Shown piece after piece: positions 38,076 to 47,600 of a stretch of DNA of 64,000 nt. How positions within the stretch are numbered: the first letter of the stretch is position 1; every line of letters starts with the position of its first letter. Both the position numbers and the translations under genes were made by a program. Source of the DNA: Lysobacteraceae bacterium (GTDB taxonomy: Bacteria > Pseudomonadota > Gammaproteobacteria > Xanthomonadales > Rhodanobacteraceae); NCBI GenBank assembly GCA_018970895.1, contig JAGWVM010000001.1:2289-66288 (forward strand), written 5' to 3'. Below the pieces are notes generated by a model. The model did no database searches, was not told the DNA's origin, and saw only the letters and a program-made list of their open reading frames with translations.

Positions 38076-41000
38076 ATGAATTTTCTCAACGAACTCATCG
38101 CTGCCCTGCAAGCGGACAAGCTCCAGCTGTCCACGCTGCTGCACATCCTCGGATCGCGCGGTGCGCAGCCGGAACCCGTCCATCGCGAAGAAGTGGCCCT
38201 GCTCGAGCGGCTGGCCGTCGAGGGCGCGCTGTCCCCGGAGGTGACCCGGACGCTGCTCGGCGAACTCCAGCGCCAGCAGGCCACCACCGGCCGGGCGACG
38301 ACGGCGGCTGATGACGCCACCGTGGTCCACGCCGGCAGCGGAGCCGGCGATGCCACCGTGGTGCAGGCGCGGGCGGACGATGCCACTCTGGTGCAGCCGA
38401 CCGCCGGCGGCGCCGGTGCGCACGACGCGGATGCGACGGTGGTGCAGCCGTCGGCGACGCCGGCCGGTCATCCGCACGACGACGAGGCGACGGTGGTCAA
38501 GCCGTCTTCCTCGCCGCGCGGCAGCGACACCCAGGCCACCGGCGTCACCGGCCGCACCGGAACCACCGGGGCCACCAGCAGCACCTTCAATGCCGACAGC
38601 TGGCAGCGCATGTCCGCGGCCGAAGGGGGCGACTACGCCGCGGTAGGCAGCGTGCTCAAGGGACGGTTCCACCTGGAGAAGGAGATCGGCCGCGGCGGCA
38701 TGGGCGTGGTGTTCCTGGCGCTGGACGAGCGCAAGGTGGAGGCGCGCGACCGCGACCCGTACGTGGCGGTGAAGGTGCTGAACGACGAGTTCCGCCGCCA
38801 TCCCGATTCGCTGATCGCGCTGCAGCGCGAGGCCCGCCGCTCGCAGTCGCTGGCGCACGACAACATCGTGCGCGTCTACGACTTCGACAAGGACGGCACC
38901 ATCGTCTTCATGACGATGGAGTACGTGGACGGCTCCGACCTCAAGGCGCTGATTCGCGAGAAGGCCTACAACGGCATGCCGCTGGCCCGGGCGCGGCCGC
39001 TGATCGAGGGCATGGCCTGGGCGCTCAAGCGCGCGCACGCCGCCGGCGTCGTGCACTCGGACTTCAAGCCCGGCAACGTCATGGTGACCCGCGACGGCGT
39101 GCCCAAAGTGTTCGACTTCGGCATTGCGCGCGCCGGCAAGCACCTGGGCGAGGCCACCGGCGAGGAGACCGTGTTCGATGCCGGCACGCTGGGCGCACTC
39201 ACCCCGGCCTACGCCAGCCTGGAGATGATCCAGGGCAAGGAACCCACGCCCAGCGACGACATCTACGCGCTGGGCTGCGTGGCGTTCGAGCTGCTCACCG
39301 GCAAGCACCCGTTCGACAAGGTCAGCGCCGAGGTGGCGATGCGCGAGGGGCGCAAGCCGCCGCCGGTGCCCGGGCTGACCAAGCGGCAGTACCAGACCCT
39401 GTGTGATGCGGTCGCCTTCACCAGCGACAAGCGCCTGAAGCATGCCGCCGACCTGGTCGAGGGCCTGCGCGAGATCAGCCTGCGTGAGCGCGCCGGACCG
39501 GTCGTGGTGGTCGGCGCGATCGGCGTGGTGATCCTCGTCGCCGGAGGCTGGGGCGTGCGCCACTACCTGCAGCAGCGCGAGGTGGACGAGGTGGTCGCGC
39601 GCTTCGCGCCGACCGATCCGCAACACTTCACCACCGAAGACCAGGCGCTCGGGGCGCTGAATGCACTGGGGGCCGACCAGCGCACCCGCGTGGTGAGCGA
39701 CCAGAGCGACCTGATCCAGACCTTCCTGCTCGGTCGCGTCGATGCCTACTGGAACCCGGGCAGGCAGCGCTATGACTACGCCGGCGCGCAGCACGTGTTC
39801 AGCCTGCGCGACCGGCTCAAGCTGTTCTCGCCCAAGCTCGACCTCAAGCGCACGGCGATCGAGCAGGAGCGCAACGACCTGCTCAACCAGCTCGACACGC
39901 GCCTGAGCAAGGCGATCGAGAACGGGGCGATCTTTGCCGACCAGCCGGACAACGCGGTGCGGATCCTCGCCACGATCCGCGCCATCGACCCGACCAGCGG
40001 GCTGCTGAAGAACGCCGAGCTGGAACTCAAGTACGACATCGCGATCGGCCGGTCGATCGCCGCCAATCATGCCGCCGAGGCGCAGGCGCAGCTGAAGCAG
40101 GCGCTGGCGGTATTTCCCGATTCGACGCGGCTGCGGCAGCGCGCCGCGGAGCTGGCGCAGATGGCCCCCGCGGCGCTCGCCCGCGGCCCCGCCGGGTCCG
40201 GGCAGACCGTGCCGCAGGCGCATCGCGCGCTCGCCGACCTGATCGCCCGGCCCACCCTCGACGCATCGTGGCAGGCGGCGGTCGGCCAGGCGCTGGCAAC
40301 GCTCGCACCGGCGCACGATGCGCAGACGCCGGCGCAGGTCGATGCGCTTGCCGCAGCGATCGCCGGTGCGGTGGCCGGCCAGAACGACCCCAGCCAGTTG
40401 CCGCTGGCATCGCGTGCGGTCGACCTGGGCCTGCAGTACGCGCCGAAGTCGGCACCGCTGCTGGCCCAGCGCAGCCGTCTCGATGCCCTGCAGCAGCAGG
40501 TGCAGGCGCAGCTCGCGCAGGAGAGCGCCGCGGCCGAGGTCACCTCGCGCATCGAATCGATGAAGCGCGCCGCCGCCGCCAACGACGTGGCCAAGGCGCA
40601 GGAAGCGCTTGCGCGCATTCGCACCCTGCAGCCGGACAACGCCTTCCTGGCCGGCGAAGGTCCGCAACTGCTGGCCAGTGCCTATCTCGGCCAGGCCACC
40701 GATGCGGCAAGGCGCGGTCGCTTCCAGGTCGCCGCGGACACGCTGGCGCGCGGGCTCAAGGCGCTGGGCAACCGCGACGACCTGCGCCAGGCCCGGGCCC
40801 GCTACGACCTGGTCGCCGACCTGATGAAGGCGCGCAGCGGCGGTGCATCGGCGGATGACCTGGCGAGGATGCACCAGCAGCTGGCGCGGCTGCAGCGCGA
40901 CGACCCGGACGGGCTGAAGTCGCTGGAGTCCGACCTGAAGCTGCACGGGCAGCTCGCCCAGGGCAGCCTGTCGGCGCTGCTGGACACGCTGAAGCCGAGT

Positions 41001-41822
41001 CAGCCGCCCGCGTCCGGTTCGTCGACTCCCGGCAATGTCGCCACGGCGCCCACGGCGGCGGAGGCGCCGGCGGCGACCCCGTCCGGCAGTCCGTCGCGTC
41101 CGGGAGCCGTCGCCGCGCCGGCTGCCACGACACCGGCCAGCGGCAAGGCCGTCGCCGGCAAGCCGGGGACGACCGCCGCGGCCGGGTCCGGCGGCGATCC
41201 CTGCGGCGACCCGGCGCTGGTCGGCAAGGGGCGGATCTGCGCCGACGAGGTGGCAGGCAAGCGCGGTCCGCCGCTGGTGGTGATTCCCGCCATCGCAGGG
41301 GGGCGGCCGTACGCGATGTCCCGCACCGAGATCAGCATCAGCGAGTTCAACCGCTTCTGCAGCGCTACCGGCCAGTGCGCGCCGCGACCGGCCGGCGATC
41401 GCCTCACCGCCACCCAGCCGGTGAGCAACATCCCGCTGTCGCTTGCGAGGGCGTACACCGCCTGGTTGAGCAAGGGCAGCGGGTTCACCTACCGCCTGCC
41501 CACCGACGCCGAATGGCTGCATGCGGCGAAAGCGGGCGGCAACTGGAAGCAGTCGCCGGACAGCAACTGCGTGCCGCCCAGCGCCAACGGCGACGACGGC
41601 AGCGGTGCGCCGATCTCGTCGCTGGGCCGCAGCCCCAACCCGTGGGGCCTGGTCAACCTGACCGGCAATGTGTGGGAGTGGGTGGTCAGCGGCGGTCAGG
41701 TGGGCGTGCGTGGTGCCAGCTACACCAGCTACTGGTCCGACTGCACGGTCGACGCGCATCGCGCCGACAGCGGCAAGGCCCAGAACGACGTCGGATTCCG
41801 CGTGCTGAGGGAGCTCAGATGA
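38076..41822 (+). CDS. ppkA: T6SS Ser/Thr kinase PpkA with periplasmic helical region and C-terminal FGE-sulfatase (SUMF1)-like domain
   Basis: IGRGGMGVV, VAVK, HSDFKPGN, DFG, YASLE; TM; RLPTDAEW, PNPWGLVNLTGNVWEW, GFRV. Confidence 0.92.
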   Translation: MNFLNELIAALQADKLQLSTLLHILGSRGAQPEPVHREEVALLERLAVEGALSPEVTRTLLGELQRQQATTGRATTAADDATVVHAGSGAGDATVVQARADDATLVQPTAGGAGAHDADATVVQPSATPAGHPHDDEATVVKPSSSPRGSDTQATGVTGRTGTTGATSSTFNADSWQRMSAAEGGDYAAVGSVLKGRFHLEKEIGRGGMGVVFLALDERKVEARDRDPYVAVKVLNDEFRRHPDSLIALQREARRSQSLAHDNIVRVYDFDKDGTIVFMTMEYVDGSDLKALIREKAYNGMPLARARPLIEGMAWALKRAHAAGVVHSDFKPGNVMVTRDGVPKVFDFGIARAGKHLGEATGEETVFDAGTLGALTPAYASLEMIQGKEPTPSDDIYALGCVAFELLTGKHPFDKVSAEVAMREGRKPPPVPGLTKRQYQTLCDAVAFTSDKRLKHAADLVEGLREISLRERAGPVVVVGAIGVVILVAGGWGVRHYLQQREVDEVVARFAPTDPQHFTTEDQALGALNALGADQRTRVVSDQSDLIQTFLLGRVDAYWNPGRQRYDYAGAQHVFSLRDRLKLFSPKLDLKRTAIEQERNDLLNQLDTRLSKAIENGAIFADQPDNAVRILATIRAIDPTSGLLKNAELELKYDIAIGRSIAANHAAEAQAQLKQALAVFPDSTRLRQRAAELAQMAPAALARGPAGSGQTVPQAHRALADLIARPTLDASWQAAVGQALATLAPAHDAQTPAQVDALAAAIAGAVAGQNDPSQLPLASRAVDLGLQYAPKSAPLLAQRSRLDALQQQVQAQLAQESAAAEVTSRIESMKRAAAANDVAKAQEALARIRTLQPDNAFLAGEGPQLLASAYLGQATDAARRGRFQVAADTLARGLKALGNRDDLRQARARYDLVADLMKARSGGASADDLARMHQQLARLQRDDPDGLKSLESDLKLHGQLAQGSLSALLDTLKPSQPPASGSSTPGNVATAPTAAEAPAATPSGSPSRPGAVAAPAATTPASGKAVAGKPGTTAAAGSGGDPCGDPALVGKGRICADEVAGKRGPPLVVIPAIAGGRPYAMSRTEISISEFNRFCSATGQCAPRPAGDRLTATQPVSNIPLSLARAYTAWLSKGSGFTYRLPTDAEWLHAAKAGGNWKQSPDSNCVPPSANGDDGSGAPISSLGRSPNPWGLVNLTGNVWEWVVSGGQVGVRGASYTSYWSDCTVDAHRADSGKAQNDVGFRVLRELR

Positions 41823-42160
41823 ACGATCAGGAGCGTCGGGTCAACCAGGCACTGCAGGCCCTGGACGAGGCCCACCGGCTCGGCCGGCTCGGCCGCGAGG
41901 ATTACCGGGGCCGCCGGCGCGCCCTGCTGCAGGGACTCAACGACAGCAGCGGAGTGACCGCCCGCAACGCGATCACCCCGGCGGCCGCAGGCCGCCCGCG
42001 GACCGATGCGCGGCGGCCGGCCATGCCGGTCGGTGACATCGCCGGCGCGCTGTTTCCCGACCGTCGCCGCCGCATGCTGCAGACGTGGCTGCTGGCTGTG
42101 GCCGGGCTCGCGCTGGTCCTGCTGCTGGTGTACGGGGCGATGTCGATGGGCGGTGCCTGA
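41819..42160 (+). CDS. Small membrane protein with SHOCT-like N-terminal helices and C-terminal TM
   Basis: ATGA overlap with ppkA; LQALDEAHRLGRLGREDYRGRRRALL; TM WLLAVAGLALVLLLVYGAM; 113 aa. Confidence 0.7.
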   Translation: MNDQERRVNQALQALDEAHRLGRLGREDYRGRRRALLQGLNDSSGVTARNAITPAAAGRPRTDARRPAMPVGDIAGALFPDRRRRMLQTWLLAVAGLALVLLLVYGAMSMGGA

Positions 42161-42183
42161 ACGGGCCCGGTCCGGTCGCCCGA

Positions 42184-42210
42184 TGACCGGATTTGTGACG
42201 CAGTTGCGCA
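42184..42210 (+). promoter_or_regulatory. Candidate ECF promoter upstream of TpsB
   Basis: TGACCGGATT-N12-GCGCA. Confidence 0.65.
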
Positions 42211-42318
42211 TTACTCAGGAGGGGCGTTCGGAAGGGGCTGCACGCGCACTCCGTTCGCCGCCACGGGGCGGGTCCACCGTACCCGGTGCCGGCAGCCTCA
42301 TTGCAGGGGGACAAACAC

Positions 42319-44394
42319 GTGCGGATGGCGACACTGGCAGCAGCCCTGGCGCTGGCATTGGCTGGCGGGCGGGCATGGGCGCAGGACAACCCGCCTGGCC
42401 CGACGGCACCGGCGAGCCGGGCGAGTCCGTCTCCCCCGGTGGCCCCGGCGCAGCGGATCCTGGTCAGCGGCATGCCCGCCGGCGGCGATGCCGCCGCGGC
42501 GCAGGCGATCGTGCAGGCGGGCTACCGGCAGGCGATGGCTGCCGCCGGCCATCCGGCGACGTTGAGCCCGGCGCAGTGGCAGGCCGCCGCCGATGCCATC
42601 ACTGCAGCCTTGCGCCGGGCCGGATTCAAGGATGCCCGTGCCTACCCGGCCGAGCAGGTGATGGCCTTCACCGTGCAGGACGTGCCGGCCGGCGCGGCCG
42701 GCGCGGTCGCGCAACAACCGTCGCCGCCGCCACCGGCGCAAACGGCACCGGACCGCGCAGCGACGGCCGTGCCGGCACTCGCCACGACACCGCCGCTCCC
42801 CGCCAACGTGCTTCCACCGGTCCGCGAGCGCACGCAGGCCTCGACGCAGACCGTGGCAGTCAGCGCGTTCCGGGTTAGGGGTGTCGGCGCGCACCCGGAT
42901 GCCGGGATCACCCCGGCGTCGATGCAGGCGCTGGCGGACGAGCAGCTGCACAAGCTCGGTGCAGCCGGCCAGCCCGCGCGACTCGATTTCGCCCAGCTGC
43001 AGCAGGTGGCCGACACCCTGACCGAGACCTATCGCAAGGCCGGCTTCATCTTCGGCACAGCGTTCCTGCCGGCGCAGACGATCGGACCGGACCAGGTGGT
43101 CGATATCCAGGTGCTCGAAGGCACCCTGGGACGGGTCATAGTCAAGGGCAACAAGCGCTACCGGGCCCGTGCGATCGCGGCATCGGTGGAGCCGCTGAAG
43201 GGCAGGGTGCTGCGCAAGGGCGAGGTCGATTCGGCGCTGCTCTACGCGCGCGAGCTGCCGGGCGTGTCGGTGAGCTCGACCTTCCAGCCGGGCGAGAAGA
43301 CCGGCCAGACCGACCTGCTGATGGTGGCCAACGAGGCGAAGCGGCCTTACACGATCACCACCGGCGCGAACAACTACGGTACCGATCTCACCGGTCGCTA
43401 TCGCGCCCAGCTAGGCGTTACCTGGAACAGCCCGCTGGGCATCGGCGACAGCTTCGCGGCCAACGTCGACTATGCGATGGACCCGCGCAACAACGTCTAC
43501 GGCTCGCTGGTGTACCGCGCGCCGACGCTGGTGGTTCCGGGGCTCAGCGGCGTGATCGGCGCGACCCGCAGCGAGCTGCAGCTCAACTCCAGCCAGCTCG
43601 CCGCGCTCAACGTGAAGGGGCCAAGCTCTTCGCAATACGCTGGTGCCGACTGGAAGTTCGTCAACACCGACACGATGCAGATGCAGGCCACGCTGCACTA
43701 CATCCGCGAGAAGTCGCGCCTGACCAGCCTCGGCATCCCGCTGTCGGACGAGAGCTTCGACGTGGCCGAGCTGGCCTGGGCGATGAATCGCACCGACCAG
43801 CGCCTGCACGGCATCGATCTGCTGCAGGTGAGCCTGCGCAAGTCGATCAAGGACCGCTCGCGCGAGCCGGATCTGGTCAGCCCGAACCATGCCCGCAGCT
43901 TTACCAGCCTGCGCTTCTCCTACACGCGCCTGCAGTTCCTGACCAAGTCGCAGCGCGCCTACTTCAAGCTGGCCGGACAGTGGACCAACGCCGCGCTGGC
44001 GCCGCTGGAGCAGTTCGTGATCGGCGGCCCGGACAGCGTGCGCGCCTATCCGATCGCCGACGGCCTGACCGACCGCGGCTATTACGCCTCGCTGGAATAC
44101 CACGTGGACGCGCCGGGCTTTGGCAACAGGATCTCGCCGTTCTACGCGCGACCCTGGCGCGAGCTGCTGGAGCTGGAAGCATTCGTCGATTACGCCCGCG
44201 GCATGCCGGCCGGTGCGGACCGCGCGGGCAACAGCGTGCTGACCTTCAAGGGCGTCGGCGCCGGCTTCATCTTCCGCCTGCCGCGATTCCACCGCTTCGA
44301 GTTCCATCTCGACGGCGCGGTGCCGGTCGGCGGACCGCAGGCCTCGGACAAGAAGGGCTACCACATCTACGCGCGCTTCGGCTTCACGTTCTAG
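42319..44394 (+). CDS. Two-partner secretion transporter TpsB (ShlB/FhaC/HecB family)
   Basis: Signal peptide, POTRA domains (YRKAGF...FLPAQ...VLEG), beta-barrel, F.IGGPDSVRAY (VRGY-like loop 6), terminal FGFTF. Confidence 0.93.
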   Translation: MRMATLAAALALALAGGRAWAQDNPPGPTAPASRASPSPPVAPAQRILVSGMPAGGDAAAAQAIVQAGYRQAMAAAGHPATLSPAQWQAAADAITAALRRAGFKDARAYPAEQVMAFTVQDVPAGAAGAVAQQPSPPPPAQTAPDRAATAVPALATTPPLPANVLPPVRERTQASTQTVAVSAFRVRGVGAHPDAGITPASMQALADEQLHKLGAAGQPARLDFAQLQQVADTLTETYRKAGFIFGTAFLPAQTIGPDQVVDIQVLEGTLGRVIVKGNKRYRARAIAASVEPLKGRVLRKGEVDSALLYARELPGVSVSSTFQPGEKTGQTDLLMVANEAKRPYTITTGANNYGTDLTGRYRAQLGVTWNSPLGIGDSFAANVDYAMDPRNNVYGSLVYRAPTLVVPGLSGVIGATRSELQLNSSQLAALNVKGPSSSQYAGADWKFVNTDTMQMQATLHYIREKSRLTSLGIPLSDESFDVAELAWAMNRTDQRLHGIDLLQVSLRKSIKDRSREPDLVSPNHARSFTSLRFSYTRLQFLTKSQRAYFKLAGQWTNAALAPLEQFVIGGPDSVRAYPIADGLTDRGYYASLEYHVDAPGFGNRISPFYARPWRELLELEAFVDYARGMPAGADRAGNSVLTFKGVGAGFIFRLPRFHRFEFHLDGAVPVGGPQASDKKGYHIYARFGFTF

Positions 44395-44673
44395 AGCCCG
44401 GTCATGATCTCCAAGCTCCCCGCGTTGTCATCGAGTGGTCGCGCCGCGGCGGCGCGTGGCGCCGGGCCGACGGGTGCTCGGCTCACGCTGCGCGCCGCCG
44501 CGGCGCGGCCACCCGGTGACAACCCGCGAGGCCGGGCCTGCTTGCCCGCATGCCGGCGTCGTCCATCCGTGGCGGACGGACGTCCACTCCCTCCTTCTTC
44601 CTTGGCCTGCGCGCGAGCCGTTCCCGGCGCCGGGGACTTGCAGACCACGACCAGGCTCTAACAGGCAACGACC

Positions 44674-47600
44674 ATGCATATCCCTACCCAGACGTCGCAT
44701 CGTCCGTCCCGCCGCAGCCACTTCGAAGGAGCGCGTCCGCCGCGACGCAAGGCGTTGCCGCTGTGCCTGTCGATGGCCCTGGCGGCCGGTGCGATGATGT
44801 CCACGGGCGCCCGCGCCGGCAGCATGGTGCCCGGCGCGAACGCCGGCACGGTCTCGGTCAGCGCGCTGACCTCGCCCACCGGCGGGACCGTGGTGGGCGG
44901 TGTCGGCTCGATCAGCCAGAGCGGCGGCACCACGGTGATCAACCAGCTGTCGAACCGGCTGGCGCTGGACTGGACGACGTTCAACGTCGGCAAGGACGCC
45001 ACGGTGCTGTTCAAGCAGCCGTCGTTCACCGCGGTGGCGCTGAACCGCATCCTCGACCAGAACCCCAGCCAGATCTTCGGCCGCATCAATTCCAATGGCC
45101 AGGTGTTCCTGATCAACACCCACGGCATCATCTTCGGTACCAGCGCGCAGGTGAATGTCGGCGGCCTGGTGGCCAGCACGCTGGACCTCACGCCCAGCGA
45201 TTTCCTGGCCAACCACTTTAACCTTGACGCGCACGGCGGCAGCGCCGGCGTGGTCAACCACGGCACCATCGCCGCAGCCAGCGGCGGCTCGGTGAGCCTG
45301 CTCGGCGGCAGCGTGGCGAACGACGGCCTGATCCTGGCCAACTACGGCAACATCAACCTGGACGGCGCCGACCGCGCGGTGCTGGATTTCGACGGCAACG
45401 GACTGATCACCGTCGAGGTCACCGGTGCGCTGAAGCGTCGCCTGGACGATCGCGCCGCCGTGTCCAACAGCGGCACGCTCGAGGCCGACGGCGGCACCGT
45501 GGTGCTGCAGGCCTCGGCCGCGAAGGACCTGTTCACCGACGCGGTGAACAACTCCGGGGTGATCACGGCGGCGGGCATCCGCAACGATGGCGGCACGGTG
45601 AGGTTGGTTGCGTCCGGCGGCAACGCGATCAGCAGCGGCAGCATCAACGTGTCCGGCGTGCACGGCGGCACGGCGCAGGTATTGTCCGATGCCAACGTCG
45701 GGGTGACCGGCAGCATCGACGCCTCCGGCACGCAGGGCGGCGGCACCATCCGCGTTGGCGGCGGCTACCAGGGCGGCGAAGGCCTGACCCGGGCGAACGT
45801 GACCTACCTTGGCCCCGATGCGGTGCTCGATGCCGATGCCACGCAGCGGGGCAACGGCGGCTCGGTGGTGCTGTGGGGGGACAACGGCAACAATTTCTAC
45901 GGCAGCATCAGCGCGCGCGGTGGCGTGCTCGGCGGCAGCGGTGGTCGGGTGGAGACCTCCTCGCATTACGGCCTCAACGCGCAGGGCAATGTCGACGCCT
46001 CGGCGGCGAACGGCGCCGCCGGCCTCTGGCTGATCGATCCCTACAATGTCACCATCCAGACCGGTGGAGGTTCGCTGGCCTCGCCCTTCACCGCCACCGC
46101 CGACTCGACCATCAAGGCCAGCGACCTGGACGCTGCGCTCAACGGCACCAATGTCACGGTGTTCACTGGATCGGCCGGCAGCAGCAACGGCGATATCACG
46201 GTCAACGCCGCGGTGACGCCGAGCGCGGGCAACAATTCCCTCTATCTCGAAGCGGCCGGCGGCATCTTCCTAAACGCCAACATCACCGCCAACACGTCGC
46301 ACACGCTCAACCTGTATCTCTGGTCGAACTATGGCGGCGCGGCCGCGGGCACCACCTACACCAGCAACGCATCCTGCGCGGCCGGGGTGAGCTGTGTGGT
46401 GACGGTAGGCGGTACCTCCAATGCAGCGATCAGTACCGGTGGCGGCACGCTCGATATCCGCACCGGCACCGGCGGTGGCACATTGACTCTGGGCACCGGC
46501 AGCAAGACCGGAAACATCAACACCGCTGGCGGCGCGCTGACCGTGCACACCACCGGTATCACCGAGGTTGCCGGCTCCAACACCATCGTTGCCGGCACCT
46601 CCACACTCGACGCCGGCAGCGGCAACATCACGCTCGGCAACGCCAACGATTTCACCGTCACCGTGGGACTCACCGCGGGCAATGCGCAAATCGAGGACGC
46701 GAACTCGCTGGTGTTGGGCAACAGCACGCTCAGCGGCAGTCTCACCGCCACCGCGGTGACCGCCATCACGGTCAATGGCGCGATCACCGGCGTGGGCGAC
46801 GCGGCCTTCAGCACGGCGGCGTTGTCGGGGACCGGAAGCATCGCCGGGACCGGGGCGATCACCGGACTGGGCAGCTCGAACTTCGCGCTCACCGGGGCCA
46901 ACGCCGGCACCTACGGCGGCATCGCCTTCAGCGGCTTCGCCTCGGCCGACGCCACGCACGTCAGCGGTGCGGCGGGCTTCGACGACACCGCCCTGACCAG
47001 CGAGGGCATGACCTTTGCCTCCGCCACCCACGTCGCCGGCACCGGCACCATCGCCAACGTCAGCGGCAGCTTTGCCGACGACACCGGAACCTCTTCGACG
47101 AGTGGCATCGCCTATACCGGCTTCGGCGCGGTGACCGGCACCGGTGGAGACGTCACCGGCGTGACCGGCAATTTCAACCTGGGCACCCAGGTGTCGTCGG
47201 CTTCGGGGCTGGACTACAGCGGCTTCGCCGTCGCCACGGTCGCCGGCAGCGGCAGCGGCGCAACCCTCGTCGGCAGCGGGCAGACCTACATGCTGGACAA
47301 TGCGACTGCCGACAAGGGCAGCAACGGCGGCATCGCCTGGACCGGGTTCGGCAACATCCAGGACTCGACCGGCACGGTGGTCTTCGGTACCGGCGGCAAC
47401 CTCAGCGGCAGCGTCACGGCCAAGACGCTGGACTACAGCAGTTACGGTAGTGCAGTGAACTTCGACCTGTCCGCCGGCACCGGAACGACGACCGGTATCA
47501 GTGGCAGCTGGAGTGGCGTGACTGCGGTCACCGGCAGCGCCCAGGGCGACACGCTCGCCGGCACCGGCCAGACCTACACGCTGACCGGCGCCAACGCGGG

